This document shows, one piece after another, positions 42,901 through 59,800 of a stretch of DNA of 64,000 bases. This stretch comes from the human T2T-CHM13v2.0 reference genome, Homo sapiens, in NCBI RefSeq assembly GCF_009914755.1, contig NC_060925.1. The stretch is one strand, 5' to 3'. The notes under the pieces are model-generated. The model saw only the letters and a list, made by a program, of their open reading frames with translations. It searched no databases and was not told where the DNA came from. Numbering within the stretch: position 1 is the stretch's first letter; the number at the start of each line of letters is the position of its first letter. Position numbers and translations under genes: made by a program.

Positions 42901-45359
42901 TGGAATCGCATGGAATCATCATCAAATGGAATCGAATGGAATCATCATCAAATGGAATCAAATGGAATCATTGAACAGAATTGAATGGAATGGTCATCGA
43001 ATGAGTTGAATGCAATCATCTAATGGTCTCGAATGGAATCATCTTCTAATGGAAAGGAATGGAATCATCGCATAGAATCGAATGGAATTATCATCGAATG
43101 GAATCGAATGGTATCAACACCAAACGGAAAAAAACGGAATTATCGAATGGAATCGAAGAGAATCTTCGAACGGACCAGAATGGAATCATCTAATGGAATG
43201 GAATGGAATAATCCATGGACTCGAATGCAATCATCATCGAATGGAATCGAATGGAATCATCGAATGGACTCGAATGGAATAATCATTGAACGGAATCGAA
43301 TGGAATCATCATCGGATGGAAACGAATGGAATCATCATCGAATGGAAATGAAAGGAGTCATCATCTAATGGAATTGCATGGAATCATCATAAAATGGAAT
43401 CGAATGGAATCAACATCAAATGGAATCAAATGGAATCATTCAACGGAATTGAATGGAATCGTCATCGAATGAATTGAATGCAATCATCGAATGGTCTCGA
43501 ATGGAATCATCTTCAAATGGAATGGAATGGAATCATCGCATAGAATCGAATGGAATTATCATCCAATGGAATCGAATGGAATCAACATCAAACGGAAAAA
43601 AACGGAATTATCGAATGGAATCGAAGAGAATCATCGAATGGACCCGAATGGAATCATCTAATGGAATGGAATGGAATAATCCATGGACTCGAATGCAATC
43701 ATCATCGAATGGAATCGAATGGAATCATCGAATGGACTCGAATGGAATAATCATTGAACGGAATCGAATGGAATCATCATCGGATGGAAATGAAAGGAGT
43801 CATCATCTAATGGAATTGCATGGAATCATCATAAAATGGAATCGAATGGAATCAACATCAAATGGAATCAAATGGAATCATTGAACGGAATTGAATGGAA
43901 TCGTCATCGAATGAATTGAATGCAATCATCGAATGGTCTCGAATGGAATCATCTTCAAATGGAATGGAATGGAATCATCGCATAGAATCGAATGGAATTA
44001 TCATCGAATGGAATCGAATGGAATCAACATCAAACGGAAAAAAACGGAATTATCGAATGGAATCGAAGAGAATCATCGAATGGACCCGAATGGAATCATC
44101 TAATGGAATGGAATGGAATAATCCATGGACTCGAATGCAATCATCATCGAATGGAATCGAATGGAATCATCGAATGGACTCGAATGGAATAATCATTGAA
44201 CGGAATCGAATGGAATCATCATCGGATGGAAATGAATGGAATCATCATCGAATGGAATCGAATAGAATTATGGAATGAAATCCAGTGTGATCATCATCGA
44301 ATGGACCCGAATGGAATCATCATCCAACGGAAGCTAATGGAATCAACATCGAATGAATCAAATGGAAACACCATCGAATTGAAACGAATGGAATTACCAT
44401 GAAATTGAAATGGATGGACTCATCATCAAATGGATTCGAATGGAATCATCGAATAAAATTGATTGAAATCATCATCGAATGGAATCGAATGGTATCATTG
44501 AATGGAATCGAATGGAATCATCATCAGATGGAAATGAATGGAATCGTCATAGAATGGAATCGAATGGATTCATTGAATGGAATCAGATGGAATCATTGAA
44601 TGGACTGGAATGGAATCATTGAATGGACTCGAAAGGGATCATGATTGAATGGAATTGAATGGAATCATCGAATGGTCTCGATTGGAATCATTATCAAATG
44701 GAATCGAATGGAATCACCGAATAGAATCGAATGGAACAATCATCGAATGGACTCAAATGGAATTATCCTCCAATGGAATCGAATGGAATTATCGAATGCA
44801 ATCGAATGGAATTATCGAATGCAATCGAATAGAATCATCGAATGGACTCGAATGGAATCATCGAATGGAATGATGGAACAGTCAATGAACTCGAATGGAA
44901 TCATCATTGAATGGAATCGAATGGAATCATCGAGTGGAATCGAAAGGAATTATGACCAAATGGAATCGAATGTAATCATCATCAAATGGAATCCAAAATA
45001 ACCATCATCAATTGGTATTGAATGGAATTGTCATCAAATGGAATTCAAAGGAATCATCATCAAATGGAACCGCATGGAATCCTCATTGAATGGAAATGAA
45101 AGGGGTCATCATCTAATGGAATCGCATGGAATCATCATCAAATGGAATCGAATGGAATCATCATCAAATGGAATCAAATGGAATCATTGAACAGAATTGA
45201 ATGGAATGGTCATCGAATGAGTTGAATGCAATCATCTAATGGTCTCGAATGGAATCATCTTCTAATGGAAAGGAATGGAATCATCGCATAGAATCGAATG
45301 GAATTATCATCGAATGGAATCGAATGGTATCAACACCAAACGGAAAAAAACGGAATTAT

Positions 45360-48300
45360 CGAATGGAATCGAAGAGAATCTTCGAACGGACCCGAATGGA
45401 ATCATCTAATGGAATGGAATGGAATAATCCATGGACTCGAATGCAATCATCATCGAATGGAATCGAATGGAATCATCGAATGGACTCGAATGGAATAATC
45501 ATTGAACGGAATCGAATGGAATCATCATCGGATGGAAACGAATGCAATCATCATCGAATGGAAATGAAAGGAGTCATCATCTAATGGAATTGCATGGAAT
45601 CATCATAAAATGGAATCGAATGGAATCAACATCAAATGGAATCAAATGGAATCATTGAACGGAATTGAATGGAATCGTCATCGAATGAATTGAATGCAAT
45701 CATCGAATGGTCTCGAATGGAATCATCTTCAAATGGAATGGAATGGAATCATCGCATAGAATCGAATGGAATTATCATCGAATGGAATCGAATGGAATCA
45801 ACATCAAACGGAAAAAAACGGAATTATCGAATGGAATCGAAGAGAATCATCGAATGGACCCGAATGGAATCATCTAATGGAATGGAATGGAATAATCCAT
45901 GGACTCGAATGCAATCATCATCGAATGGAATCGAATGGAATCATCGAATGGACTCGAATGGAATAATCATTGAACGGAATCGAATGGAATCATCATCGGA
46001 TGGAAATGAAAGGAGTCATCATCTAATGGAATTGCATGGAATCATCATAAAATGGAATCGAATGGAATCAACATCAAATGGAATCAAATGGAATCATTGA
46101 ACGGAATTGAATGGAATCGTCATCGAATGAATTGAATGCAATCATCGAATGGTCTCGAATGGAATCATCTTCAAATGGAATGGAATGGAATCATCGCATA
46201 GAATCGAATGGAATTATCATCGAATGGAATCGAATGGAATCAACATCCAACGGAAAAAAACGGAATTATCGAATGGAATCGAAGAGAATCATCGAATGGA
46301 CCCGAATGGAATCATCTAATGGAATGGAATGGAATAATCCATGGACTCGAATGCAATCATCATCGAATGGAATCGAATGGAATCATCGAATGGACTCGAA
46401 TGGAATAATCATTGAACGGAATCGAATGGAATCATCATCGGATGGAAATGAATGGAATCATCATCGAATGGAATCGAATAGAATTATGGAATGAAATCCA
46501 GTGTGATCATCATCGAATGGACCCGAATGGAATCATCATCCAACGGAAGCTAATGGAATCAACATCGAATGAATCAAATGGAAACACCATCGAATTGAAA
46601 CGAATGGAATTACCATGAAATTGAAATGGATGGACTCATCATCAAATGGATTCGAGTGGAATCATCGAATAAAATTGATTGAAATCATCATCGAATGGAA
46701 TCGAATGGTATCATTGAATGGAATCGAATGGAATCATCATCAGATGGAAATGAAAGGAATCGTCATAGAATGGAATCGAATGGATTCATTGAATGGAATC
46801 AGATGGAATCATTGAATGGACTGGAATGGAATCATTGAATGGACTCGAAAGGGATCATGATTGAATGGAATTGAATGGAATCATCGAATGGTCTCGATTG
46901 GAATCATTATCAAATGGAATCGAATGGAATCACCGAATAGAATCGAATGGAACAATCATCGAATGGACTCAAATGGAATTATCCTCCAATGGAATCGAAT
47001 GGAATTATCGAATGCAATCGAATGGAATTATCGAATGCAATCGAATAGAATCATCGAATGGACTCGAATGGAATCATCGAATGGAATGGAATGGAACAGT
47101 CAATGAACTCGAATGGAATCATCATTGAATGGAATCGAATGGAATCATCGAGTGGAATCGAATGTAATCATCATCAAATGGAATCAAAAATAACCATCAT
47201 CAAATGGAATCAAAAATAACCATCATCAATTGGTATTGAATGGAATTCTCATCAAATGGAATTCAAAGGAATCATCATCAAATGGAACCGAATGGAATCC
47301 TCATTGAATGGAAATGAAAGGGGTCATCATCTAATGGAATCGCATGGAATCATCATCAAATGGAATCGAATGGAATCATCATCAAATGGAATCTAATGGA
47401 ATCATTGAAAAGAATTGAATGGAATCGTCATCGAATGAATTGAATGCAATCATCGAATGGTCTCGAATGGAATCATCTTCTAATGGAAAGGAATGGAATC
47501 ATCGCATAGAATCGAATGGAATTAACATTGAATGGAATCGAATGGAATCAACATCAAATGGAATCAAGCGGAATTATCGAATGAAATCGAAGAGAATCAT
47601 CGAATGGACTCGAATGGAATCATCTAATGGAATGGAATGGAATAATCCACGGACTCGAATGCAATCATCATCGTATAGAATCGAATGGAATCATCGAATG
47701 GACTCGAATGGAATAACCATTGAACGGAATCGAATGGAATCATCATCGGATGGAAACGAATGGAATCATCATCGAATGGAAATGAAAGGAGTCATCATCT
47801 AATGGAATTGTATGGAATCATCATAAAATGGAATCGAATGGAATCATCATCAAATGGAATCAAATGGAAGCATTGAACGGAATTGAATGGAATCGTCATC
47901 GAATGAATTGAATGCAATCATCGAATGGTCTCGAAAGGAATCATCTTCAAATGGAATGGAATGGAATCATCGCATAGAATCGAATGGAATTATCATCGAA
48001 TGGAATCGAATGGTATCAACATCAAACGGAAAAAAACGGAATTACCGAATGGAATCGAAGAGAATCTTCGAACGGACCCGAATGGAATCATCTAATGGAA
48101 TGGAATGGAATAATCCATGGACTCGAATGCAATCATCATCGAATGGAATCGAATGGAATCATCGAATGGACTCGAATGGAATAATCATTGAACGGAATCG
48201 AATGGAATCATCATCGGATGGAAACGAATGGAATCATCATCGAATGGAAATGAAAGGAGTCATCATCTAATGGAATTGCATGGAATCATCATAAAATGGA

Positions 48301-50800
48301 ATCGAATGGAATCAACATCAAATGGAATCAAATGGAATCATTGAACGGAATTGAATGGAATCGTCATCGAATGAATTGAATGCAATCATCGAATGGTCTC
48401 GAATGGAATCATCTTCAAATGGAATGGAATGGAATCATCGCATAGAATCGAATGGAATTATCATCGAATGGAATCGAATGGAATCAACATCAAACGGAAA
48501 AAAACGGAATTATCGAATGGAATCGAAGAGAATAATCGAATGGACCCGAATGGAATCATCTAATGGAATGGAATGGAATAATCCATGGACTCGAATGCAA
48601 TCATCATCGAATGGAATCGAATGGAATCATCGAATGGACTCGAATGGAATAATCATTGAACGGAATCGAATGGAATCATCATCGGATGGAAATGAAAGGA
48701 GTCATCATCTAATGGAATTGCATGGAATCATCATAAAATGGAATCGAATGGAATCAACATCAAATGGAATCAAATGGAATCATTGAACGGAATTGAATGG
48801 AATCGTCATCGAATGAATTGAATGCAATCATCGAATGGTCTCGAATGGAATCATCTTCAAATGGAATGGAATGGAATCATCGCATAGAATCGAATGGAAT
48901 TATCATCGAATGGAATCGAATGGAATCAACATCCAACGGAAAAAAACGGAATTATCGAATGGAATCGAAGAGAATCATCGAATGGACCCGAATGGAATCA
49001 TCTAATGGAATGGAATGGAATAATCCATGGACTCGAATGCAATCATCATCGAATGGAATCGAATGGAATCATCGAATGGACTCGAATGGAATAATCATTG
49101 AACGGAATCGAATGGAATCATCATCGGATGGAAATGAATGGAATCATCATCGAATGGAATCGAATAGAATTATGGAATGAAATCCAGTGTGATCATCATC
49201 GAATGGACCCGAATGGAATCATCATCCAACGGAAGCTAATGGAATCAACATCGAATGAATCAAATGGAAACACCATCGAATTGAAACGAATGGAATTACC
49301 ATGAAATTGAAATGGATGGACTCATCATCAAATGGATTCGAGTGGAATCATCGAATAAAATTGATTGAAATCATCATCGAATGGAATCGAATGGTATCAT
49401 TGAATGGAATCGAATGGAATCATCATCAGATGGAAATGAAAGGAATCGTCATAGAATGGAATCGAATGGATTCATTGAATGGAATCAGATGGAATCATTG
49501 AATGGACTGGAATGGAATCATTGAATGGACTCGAAAGGGATCATGATTGAATGGAATTGAATGGAATCATCGAATGGTCTCGATTGGAATCATTATCAAA
49601 TGGAATCGAATGGAATCACCGAATAGAATCGAATGGAACAATCATCGAATGGACTCAAATGGAATTATCCTCCAATGGAATCGAATGGAATTATCGAATG
49701 CAATCGAATGGAATTATCGAATGCAATCGAATAGAATCATCGAATGGACTCGAATGGAATCATCGAATGGAATGGAATGGAACAGTCAATGAACTCGAAT
49801 GGAATCATCATTGAATGGAATCGAATGGAATCATCGAGTGGAATCGAATGTAATCATCATCAAATGGAATCAAAAATAACCATCATCAAATGGAATCAAA
49901 AATAACCATCATCAATTGGTATTGAATGGAATTCTCATCAAATGGAATTCAAAGGAATCATCATCAAATGGAACCGAATGGAATCCTCATTGAATGGAAA
50001 TGAAAGGGGTCATCATCTAATGGAATCGCATGGAATCATCATCAAATGGAATCGAATGGAATCATCATCAAATGGAATCTAATGGAATCATTGAAAAGAA
50101 TTGAATGGAATCGTCATCGAATGAATTGAATGCAATCATCGAATGGTCTCGAATGGAATCATCTTCTAATGGAAAGGAATGGAATCATCGCATAGAATCG
50201 AATGGAATTAACATTGAATGGAATCGAATGGAATCAACATCAAATGGAATCAAGCGGAATTATCGAATGAAATCGAAGAGAATCATCGAATGGACTCGAA
50301 TGGAATCATCTAATGGAATGGAATGGAATAATCCACGGACTCGAATGCAATCATCATCGTATAGAATCGAATGGAATCATCGAATGGACTCGAATGGAAT
50401 AACCATTGAACGGAATCGAATGGAATCATCATCGGATGGAAACGAATGGAATCATCATCGAATGGAAATGAAAGGAGTCATCATCTAATGGAATTGTATG
50501 GAATCATCATAAAATGGAATCGAATGGAATCATCATCAAATGGAATCAAATGGAAGCATTGAACGGAATTGAATGGAATCGTCATCGAATGAATTGAATG
50601 CAATCATCGAATGGTCTCGAATGGAATCATCTTCAAATGGAATGGAATGGAATCATCGCATAGAATCGAATGGAATTATCATCGAATGGAATCGAATGGT
50701 ATCAACATCAAACGGAAAAAAACGGAATTACCGAATGGAATCGAAGAGAATCTTCGAACGGACCCGAATGGAATCATCTAATGGAATGGAATGGAATAAT
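45360..50800 (+). repeat. Tandem duplication of a 2686-bp block (boundaries approximate)
   Basis: Constant 2686 offset (45669/48355, 46615/49301, 47419/50105, 47887/50573) with shared variants ATCCAACGGAAAA, ATTGTATGG, GGAAGCATT, ATTACCGAAT. Confidence 0.82.
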
Positions 50801-53800
50801 CCATGGACTGGAATGCAATCATCATCGAATGGAATCGAATGGAATCATCGAATGGACTCGAATGGAATAATCATTGAACGGAATCGAATGGAATCATCAT
50901 CGAATGGAAACGAATGGAATCATCATCGAATGGAATCGAATAGAATTATGGAATGAAATCCAGTGTGATCATCATCGAATGGACCCGAATGGAATCATCA
51001 TCCAACGGAAGCTAATGGAATCAACATCGAATGAATCAAATGGAAACACCATCGAATTGAAACGAATGGAATTACCATGAAATTGAAATGGATGGACTCA
51101 TGATCAAATGGATTCGAATGGAATCATCGAATAAAATTGATTGAAATCATCATCGAATGGAATCGAATGGTATCATTGAATGGAATCGAATGGAATCATC
51201 ATCAGATGGAAATGAATGGAATCGTCATAGAATGGAATCGAATGGATTCATTGAATGGAATCAGATGGAATCATTGAATGGACTGGAATGGAATCATTGA
51301 ATGGACTCGAAAGGGATCATTATTGAATGGAATTGAATGGAATCATCGAATGGTCTCGATTGGAATCATTATCAAATGGAATCGAATGGAATCACCGAAT
51401 AGAATCGAATGGAACAATCATCGAATGGACTCAAATGGAATTATCCTCAAATGGAATCGAATGGAATTATCGAATGCAATCGAATGGAATTATCGAATGC
51501 AATCGAATAGAATCATCGAATGGACTCGAATGGAATCATCGAATGGAATGGAATGGAACAGTCAATGAACTCGAATGGAATCATCATTGAATGGAATCGA
51601 ATGGAATCATCGAGTGGAATCGAAAGGAATTATGACCAAATGGAATCGAATGTAATCATCATCAAATGGAATCAAAAATAACCATCATCAATTGGTATTG
51701 AATGGAATTGTCATCAAATGGAATTCAAAGGAATCATCATCAAATGGAACCGAATGGAATCCTCATTGAATGGAAATGAAAGGGGTTATCATCTAATGGA
51801 ATCGCATGGAATCATCATCAAATGGAATCGAATGGAATCATCATCAAATGGAATCTAATGGAATCATTGAAAATAATTGAATGGAATCGTCATCGAATGA
51901 ATTGAATGCAATCATCGAATGGTCTCGAATGGAATCATCTTCTAATGGAAAGGAATGGAATCATCGCATAGAATCGAATGGAATTATCATCGAATGGATT
52001 CGAATGGAATCAACATCAAACGGAAAAAAACGGAATTATCGAATGGAATCGAAAGGAATCATCGAATGGACCCGAATGGAATCATCTAATGGAATGGAAT
52101 GGAATAATCCATGGACTCGAATGCAATCATCATCGAATGGAATCGAATGGAATCATCGAATGGACTCGAATGGAATAATCATTGAACGGAATCGAATGGA
52201 ATCATCATCGGATGGAAATGAATGGAATCATCATCGAATGGAATCGAATAGAATTATGGAATGAAATCCAGTGTGATCATCATCGAATGGACCCGAATGG
52301 AATCATCATCCAACGGAAGCTAATGGAATCAACATCGAATGAATCAAATGGAAACACCATCGAATTGAAACGAATGGAATTACCATGAAATTGAAATGGA
52401 TGGACTCATCATCGAATGGATTCGAATGGAATCATCGAATAAAATTGATTGAAATCATCATCGAATGGAATCGAATGGTATCATTGAATGGAATCGAATG
52501 GAATCATCATCAGATGGAAATGAATGGAATCGTCATAGAATGGAATCGAATGGATTCACTGAATGGAATCAGATGGAATCATCGAACGGACTGGAATGGA
52601 ATCATTGAATGGACTCGAAAGGGATCATGATTGAATGGAATTGAATGGAATCATCGAATGGTCTCGATTGGAATCATTATCAAATGGAATCGAATGGAAT
52701 CACCGAATAGAATCGAATGGAACAATCATCGAATGGACTCAAATGGAATTATCCTCAAATGGAATCGAATGGAATTATTGAATGCAATCGAATGGAATTA
52801 TCGAATGCAATCGAATAGAATCATCGAATGGACTCGAATGGAATCATCGAATGGAATGGAATGGAACAGTCAATGAACTCGAATGGAATCATCATTGAAT
52901 GGAATCGAATGGAATCATCGAGTAGAATCGAATGGAATTATGATCAAATGGAATCGAATGTAATCATCATCAAATGGAATCAAAAATAACCATCATCAAT
53001 TGGTATTGAATGGAATTGTCATCAAATGGAATTCAAAGGAATCGTTCATCAAATGGAACCGAATGGAATCCTCATTGAATGGAAATGAAAGGGGTCATCA
53101 TCTAATGGAATCGCATGGAATCATCATCAAATTGAATCGAATGGAATCATCATCAAATGGAATCTAATGGAATCATTGAACAGAATTGAATGGAATCGTC
53201 ATCGAATGAATTGAATGCAATCATCGAATGGTCTCGAATGGAATCATCTTCTAATGGAAAGGAATGGAATTATCGCATAGAAACGAATGGAATTATCATC
53301 GAATGGAATCGAATGGTATCAACACCAAAAGGAAAAAAACGGAATTATCGAATGGAATCGAAGAGAATCTTCGAACGGACCCGAATGGAATCATCTAATG
53401 GAATGGAATGGAATAATCCATGGACTCGAATGCAATCATCATCGAATGGAATCGAATGGAATCATCGAATGGAATAATCATTGAACGGAATCGAATGGAA
53501 TCATCATCGGATGGAAACGAATGGAATCATCATCGAATGGAAATGAAAGGAGTCATCATCTAATGGAATTGCATGGAATCATCATAAAATGGAATCGAAT
53601 GGAATCAACATCAAATGGAATCAAATGGAATCATTGAACGGAATTGAATGGAATCGTCATCGAATAAATTGAATGCAATCATCGAATGGTCTCGAATGGA
53701 ATCATCTTCAAATGGAATGGAATGGAATCATCGCATAGAATCGAATGGAATTATCATCGAATGGAATCGAATGGAATCAACATCAAACGGAAAAAAACGG

Positions 53801-56800
53801 AATTATCGAATGGAATGGAAGAGAATCATCGAATGGACCCGAATGGAATCATCTAATGGAATGGAATGGAATAACCCATGGATTCGAATGCAATCATCAT
53901 CGAATGGAATCGAATGGAATCATCGAATGGACTCGAATGGAATAATCATTGAACGGAATCGAATGGAATCATCATCGGATGGAAATGAAAGGAGTCATCA
54001 TCTAATGGAATTGCATGGAATCATCATAAAATGGAATCGAATGGAATAAACATCAAATGGAATCAAATGGAATCATTGAACGGAATTGAATGGAATCGTC
54101 ATCGAATGAATTGAATGCAATCATCGAATGGTCTCAAATGGAATAATCTTCAAATGGAATGGAATGGAATCATCGCATAGAATCGAATGGAATTATCATC
54201 GAATGTAATCGAATGGAATCAACACCAAACGGAAAAAAACGGAATTATCGAATGGAATCGAAGAGAATCATCGAATGGACCCGAATGGAATCATGTAATG
54301 GAATGGAATGGAATAATCCATGGACTCGAATGCAATCATCATCGAATGGAATCGAATGGAATCATCGAATGGACTCGAATGGAATAATCATTGAACGGAA
54401 TCGAATGGAATCATCATCGGAAGGAAATGAATGGAATCGTCATCGAATGGAATCGAATAGAATTATGGAATGAAATCCAGTGTGATCATCATCGAATGGA
54501 CCTGAATGGAATCATCATCCAACGGAAGCTAATGGAATCAACATCGAATGAATCAAATGGAAACACCATCGAATTGAAACGAATGGAATTACCATGAAAT
54601 TGAAATGGATGGACTCATCATCAAATGGATTTGAGTGGAATGATCGAATAAAATTGATTGAAATCATCATCGAATGGAATCGAATGGTATCATTGAATGG
54701 AATCGAATGGAATCATCATCAGATGGAAATGAAAGGAATCGTCATAGAATAGAATCGAATGGATTCATTGAATGGAATCAGATGGAATCATTGAATGGAC
54801 TGGAATGGAATCATTGAATGGACTCGAAAGGGATCATTATTGAATGGAATTGAATGGAATCATCGAATGGTCTCGATTGGAATCATTATCAAATGGAATC
54901 GAATGGAATCACCGAATAGAATCGAATGGAACAATCATCGAATGGACTCAAATGGAATTATCCTCAAATGGAATTGAATGGAATTATCGAATGCAATCGA
55001 ATGGAATTATCGAATGCAATCGAATAGAATCATCGAATGGACTCGAATGGAATCATCGAATGGAATGGAATGGAACAGTCAATGAACTCGAATGGAATCA
55101 TCATTGAATGGAATCGAATGGAATCATCGAGTGGAATCGAATGTAATCATCATCAAATGGAATCAAAAATAACCATCATCAAATGGAATCAAAAATAACC
55201 ATCATCAATTGGTATTGAATGGAATTCTCATCAAATGGAATTCAAAGGAATCATCATCAAATGGAACCGAATGGAATCCTCATTGAATGGAAATGAAAGG
55301 GGTCATCATCTAATGGAATCGCATGGAATCATCATAAAATGGAAACGAATGGAATCAACATCAAATGGAATCAAATGGAATCATTGAACGGAATTGAATG
55401 GAATCGTCATCGAATGAATTGAATGCAATCATCGAATGGTCTCGAATGGAATCATCTTCAAATGGAATGGAATGGAATCATCGCATAGAATCGAATGAAA
55501 TTATCATCGAATGGAATCGAATGGAATCAACACCAAACGGAAAAAAACGGAATTATCGAATGGAATCGAAGAGAATCATCGAATGGACCCGAATGGAATC
55601 ATGTAATGGAATGGAATGGAATAATCCATGGACTCGAATGCAATCATCATCGCATGGAATCGAATGGAATCATCGAATGGACTCGAATGGAATAATCATT
55701 GAACGGAATCGAATGGAATCATCATCGGATGGAAACGAATGGAATCATCATCGAATGGAATCGAATAGAATTATGGAATGAAATCCAGTGTGATCATCAT
55801 CGAATGGACCCGAATGGAATCATCATCCAACGGAAGCTAATGGAATCAACATCGAATGAATCAAATGGAAACACCATCGAATTGAAACGAATGGAATTAC
55901 CATGAAATTGAAATGGATGGACTCATCATCAAATGGATTCGAATGGAATCATCGAATAAAATTGATTGAAATCATCATCGAATGGAATCGAATGGTATCA
56001 TTGAATGGAATCGAATGGAATCATCATCAGATGGAAATGAATGGAATCGTCATAGAATGGAATCGAATGGATTCATTGAATGGAATCAGATGGAATCATT
56101 GAATGGACTGGAATGGAATCATTGAATGGACTCGAAAGGGATCATTATTGAATGGAATTGAATGGAATCATCGAATGGTCTCGATTGGAATCATTATCAA
56201 ATGGAATCGAATGGAATCACCGAATAGAATCGAATGGAACAATCATCGAATGGACTCAAATGGAATTATCCTCCAATGGAATCGAATGGAATTATCGAAT
56301 GCAATCGAATGGAATTATCGAATGCAATCGAATAGAATCATCGAATGGACTCGAATGGAATCATCGAATGGAATGGAATGGAACAGTCAATGAACTCGAA
56401 TGGAATCATCACTGAATGGAATCGAATGGAATCATCGAGTGGAATCGAATGGAATTATGATCAAATGGAATCGAATGTAATCATCATCAAATGGAATCAA
56501 ATATAACCATCATCAATTGGTATTGAATGGAATTGTCATCAAATGGAATTCAAAGGAATCATCATCAAATGGAACCGAATGGAATCCTCATTGAATGGAA
56601 ATGAAAGGGGTCATCATCTAATGGAATCGCATGGAATCATCATCAAATGGAATCGAATGGAATCATCATCAAATGGAATCTAATGGAATCATTGAAAAGA
56701 ATTGAATGGAATCGTCATCGAATGAATTGAATGCAATCATCGAATGGTCTCGAATGGAATCATCTTCTAATGGAAAGGAATGGAATCATCGCATAGAATC

Positions 56801-59800
56801 GAATGGAATTATCATCGAATGGAATCAAATGGTATCAACACCAAAGGGAAAAAAACGGAATTATCGAATGGAATCGAAGAGAATCTTCGAACGGACCCGA
56901 ATGGAATCATCTAATGGAATGGAATGGAATAATCCATGGACTCGAATGCAATCATCATCGAATGGAATCGAATGGAATCATCGAATGGACTCGAATGGAA
57001 TAATCATTGAACGGAATCGAATGGAATCATCATCGGATGGAAACGAATGGAATCATCATCGAATGGAAATGAAAGGAGTCATCATCTAATGGAATTGCAT
57101 GGAATCATCATAAAATGGAATCGAATGGAATCAACATCAAATGGAATCAAATGGAATCATTGAACGGAATTGAATGGAATCGTCATCGAATGAATTGAAT
57201 GCAATCATCGAATGGTCTCGAATGGAATCATCTTCAAATGGAATGGAATGGAATCATCGCATAGAATCGAATGGAATTATCATCGAATGGAATCGAATGG
57301 AATCAACATCAAACGGAAAAAAACGGAATTATCGAATGCAATCGAAGAGAATCATCGAATGGACCCGAAAGGAATCATCTAATGGAATGGCATGGAATAA
57401 TCCATGGACTCGAATGCAATCATCATCGAATGGAATCGTATGGAATCATCGAATGGACTCGAATGGAATAATCATTGAACGGAGTCGAATGGAATCATCA
57501 TCGGATGGAAATGAAAGGAGTCATCATCTAATGGAATTGCATGGAATCATCATAAAATGGAATCGAATGGAATCAACATCAAATGGAATCAAATGGAATC
57601 ATTGAACGGAATTGAATGGAATCGTCATCGAATGAATTGAATGCAATCATCGAATGGTCTCGAATGCAATCATCTTCAAATGGAATGGAATGGAATCATC
57701 GCATAGAATCGAATGGAATTATCATCGAATGGAATCGAATGGAATCAACATCAAACGGAAAAAAACGGAATTATCGAATGGAATCGAAGAGAATCATCGA
57801 ATGGACCCGAATGGAATCATCTAATGGAATGGAATGGAATAATCCATGGACTCGAATGCAATCATCATCGAATGGAATCGAATGGAATCATCGAATGGAC
57901 TCGAATGGAATAATCATTGAACGGAATAGAATGGAATCATCATCGGATGGAAATGAATGGAATCGTCATAGAATGGAATCGAATAGAATTATGGAATGAA
58001 ATCCAGTGTGATCATCATCGAATGGACCCGAATGGAATCATCATCCAATGGAAGCTAATGGAATCAACATCGAATGAATCAAATGGAAACACCATCGAAT
58101 TGAAACGAATGGAATTACCATGAAATTGAAATGGATGGACTCATCATCAAATGGATTCGAATGGAATCATCGAATAAAATTGATTGAAATCATCATCGAA
58201 TGGAATCGAATGGTATCATTGAATGGAATCGAATGGAATCATCATCAGATGGAAATGAATGGAATCGTCATAGAATGGAATCGAATGGATTCATTGAATG
58301 GAATCAGATGGAATCATCGAATGGACTGGAATGGAATCATTGAATGGACTCGAAAGGGATCATTATTGAATGGAATTGAATGGAATCATCGAATGGTCTC
58401 GATTGGAATCATTATCAAATGGAATCGAATGGAATCACCGAATAGAATCGAATGGAACAATCATCGAATGGACTCAAATGGAATTATCCTCAAATGGAAT
58501 GGAATGGAATTATCGAATGCAATCGAATGGAATTATCGAATGCAATCGAATAGAATCATCGAATGGACTCGAATGGAATCATCGAATGGAATGGAATAGA
58601 ACAGTCAATGAACTCGAATGGAATCATCATTGAATGGAATCGAATGGAATCATCGAGTGGAATCGAATGGAATTATGATCAAATGGAATCGAATGTAATC
58701 ATCATCAAATGGAATCAAAAATAACCATCATCAATTGGTATTGAATGGAATTGTCATCAAATGGAATTCAAAGGAATCATCATCAAATGGAACCGAATGG
58801 AATCCTCATTGAATGGAAATGAAAGGGGTCATCATCTAATGGAATCGCATGGAATCATCATAAAATGGAATCGAATGGAATCATCATCAAATTGAATCTA
58901 ATGGAATCATTGAAAAGAATTGAATGGAATCATCATCGAATGAATTGAATGCAATCATCGATTGGTCTCGAATGGAATCATCTTCTAATGGAAAGGAATG
59001 GAATCATCGCATAGAATCGAATGGAATTATCATCGAATGGAATCGAATGGTATCAACACCAAACGGAAAAAAACGGAATTATCGAATGGAATCGAAGAGA
59101 ATCTTCGAACGGACCCGAATGGAATCATCTAATGGAGTGGAATGGAATAATCCATGGACTCGAATGCAATCATCATCGAATGGAATCGAATGGAATCATC
59201 GAATGGACTCGAATGGAATAATCATTGAACGGAATCGAATGGAATCCTCATCGGATGGAAACGAATGGAATCATCATTGAATGGAAATGAAAGGAGTCAT
59301 CATCTAATGGAATTGCATGGAATCATCATAAAAAGGAATCGAATGGAATCAACATCAAATGGAATCAAATGGAATCATTGAACGGAATTGAATGGAATCG
59401 TCATCGAATGAATTGAATGCAATCATCGAATGGTCTCGAATGGAATCATCTTCAAATGGAATGGAATGGAATCATCGCATAGAATCGAATGGAATTATCA
59501 TCGAATGGAATCGAATGGAATCAACATCAAACGGAAAAAAACGGAATTATCGAATGGAATCGAAGAGAATCATCGAATGGACCCGAAAGGAATCATCTAA
59601 TGGAATGGCATGGAATAATCCATGGACTCGAATGCAATCATCATCGAATGGAATCGAATGGAATCATCGAATGGACTCGAATGGAATAATCATTGAACGG
59701 AATCGAATGGAATCATCATCGGATGGAAATGAAAGGAGTCATCATCTAATGGAATTGCATGGAATCATCATAAAATGGAATCGAATGGAATCAACATCAA

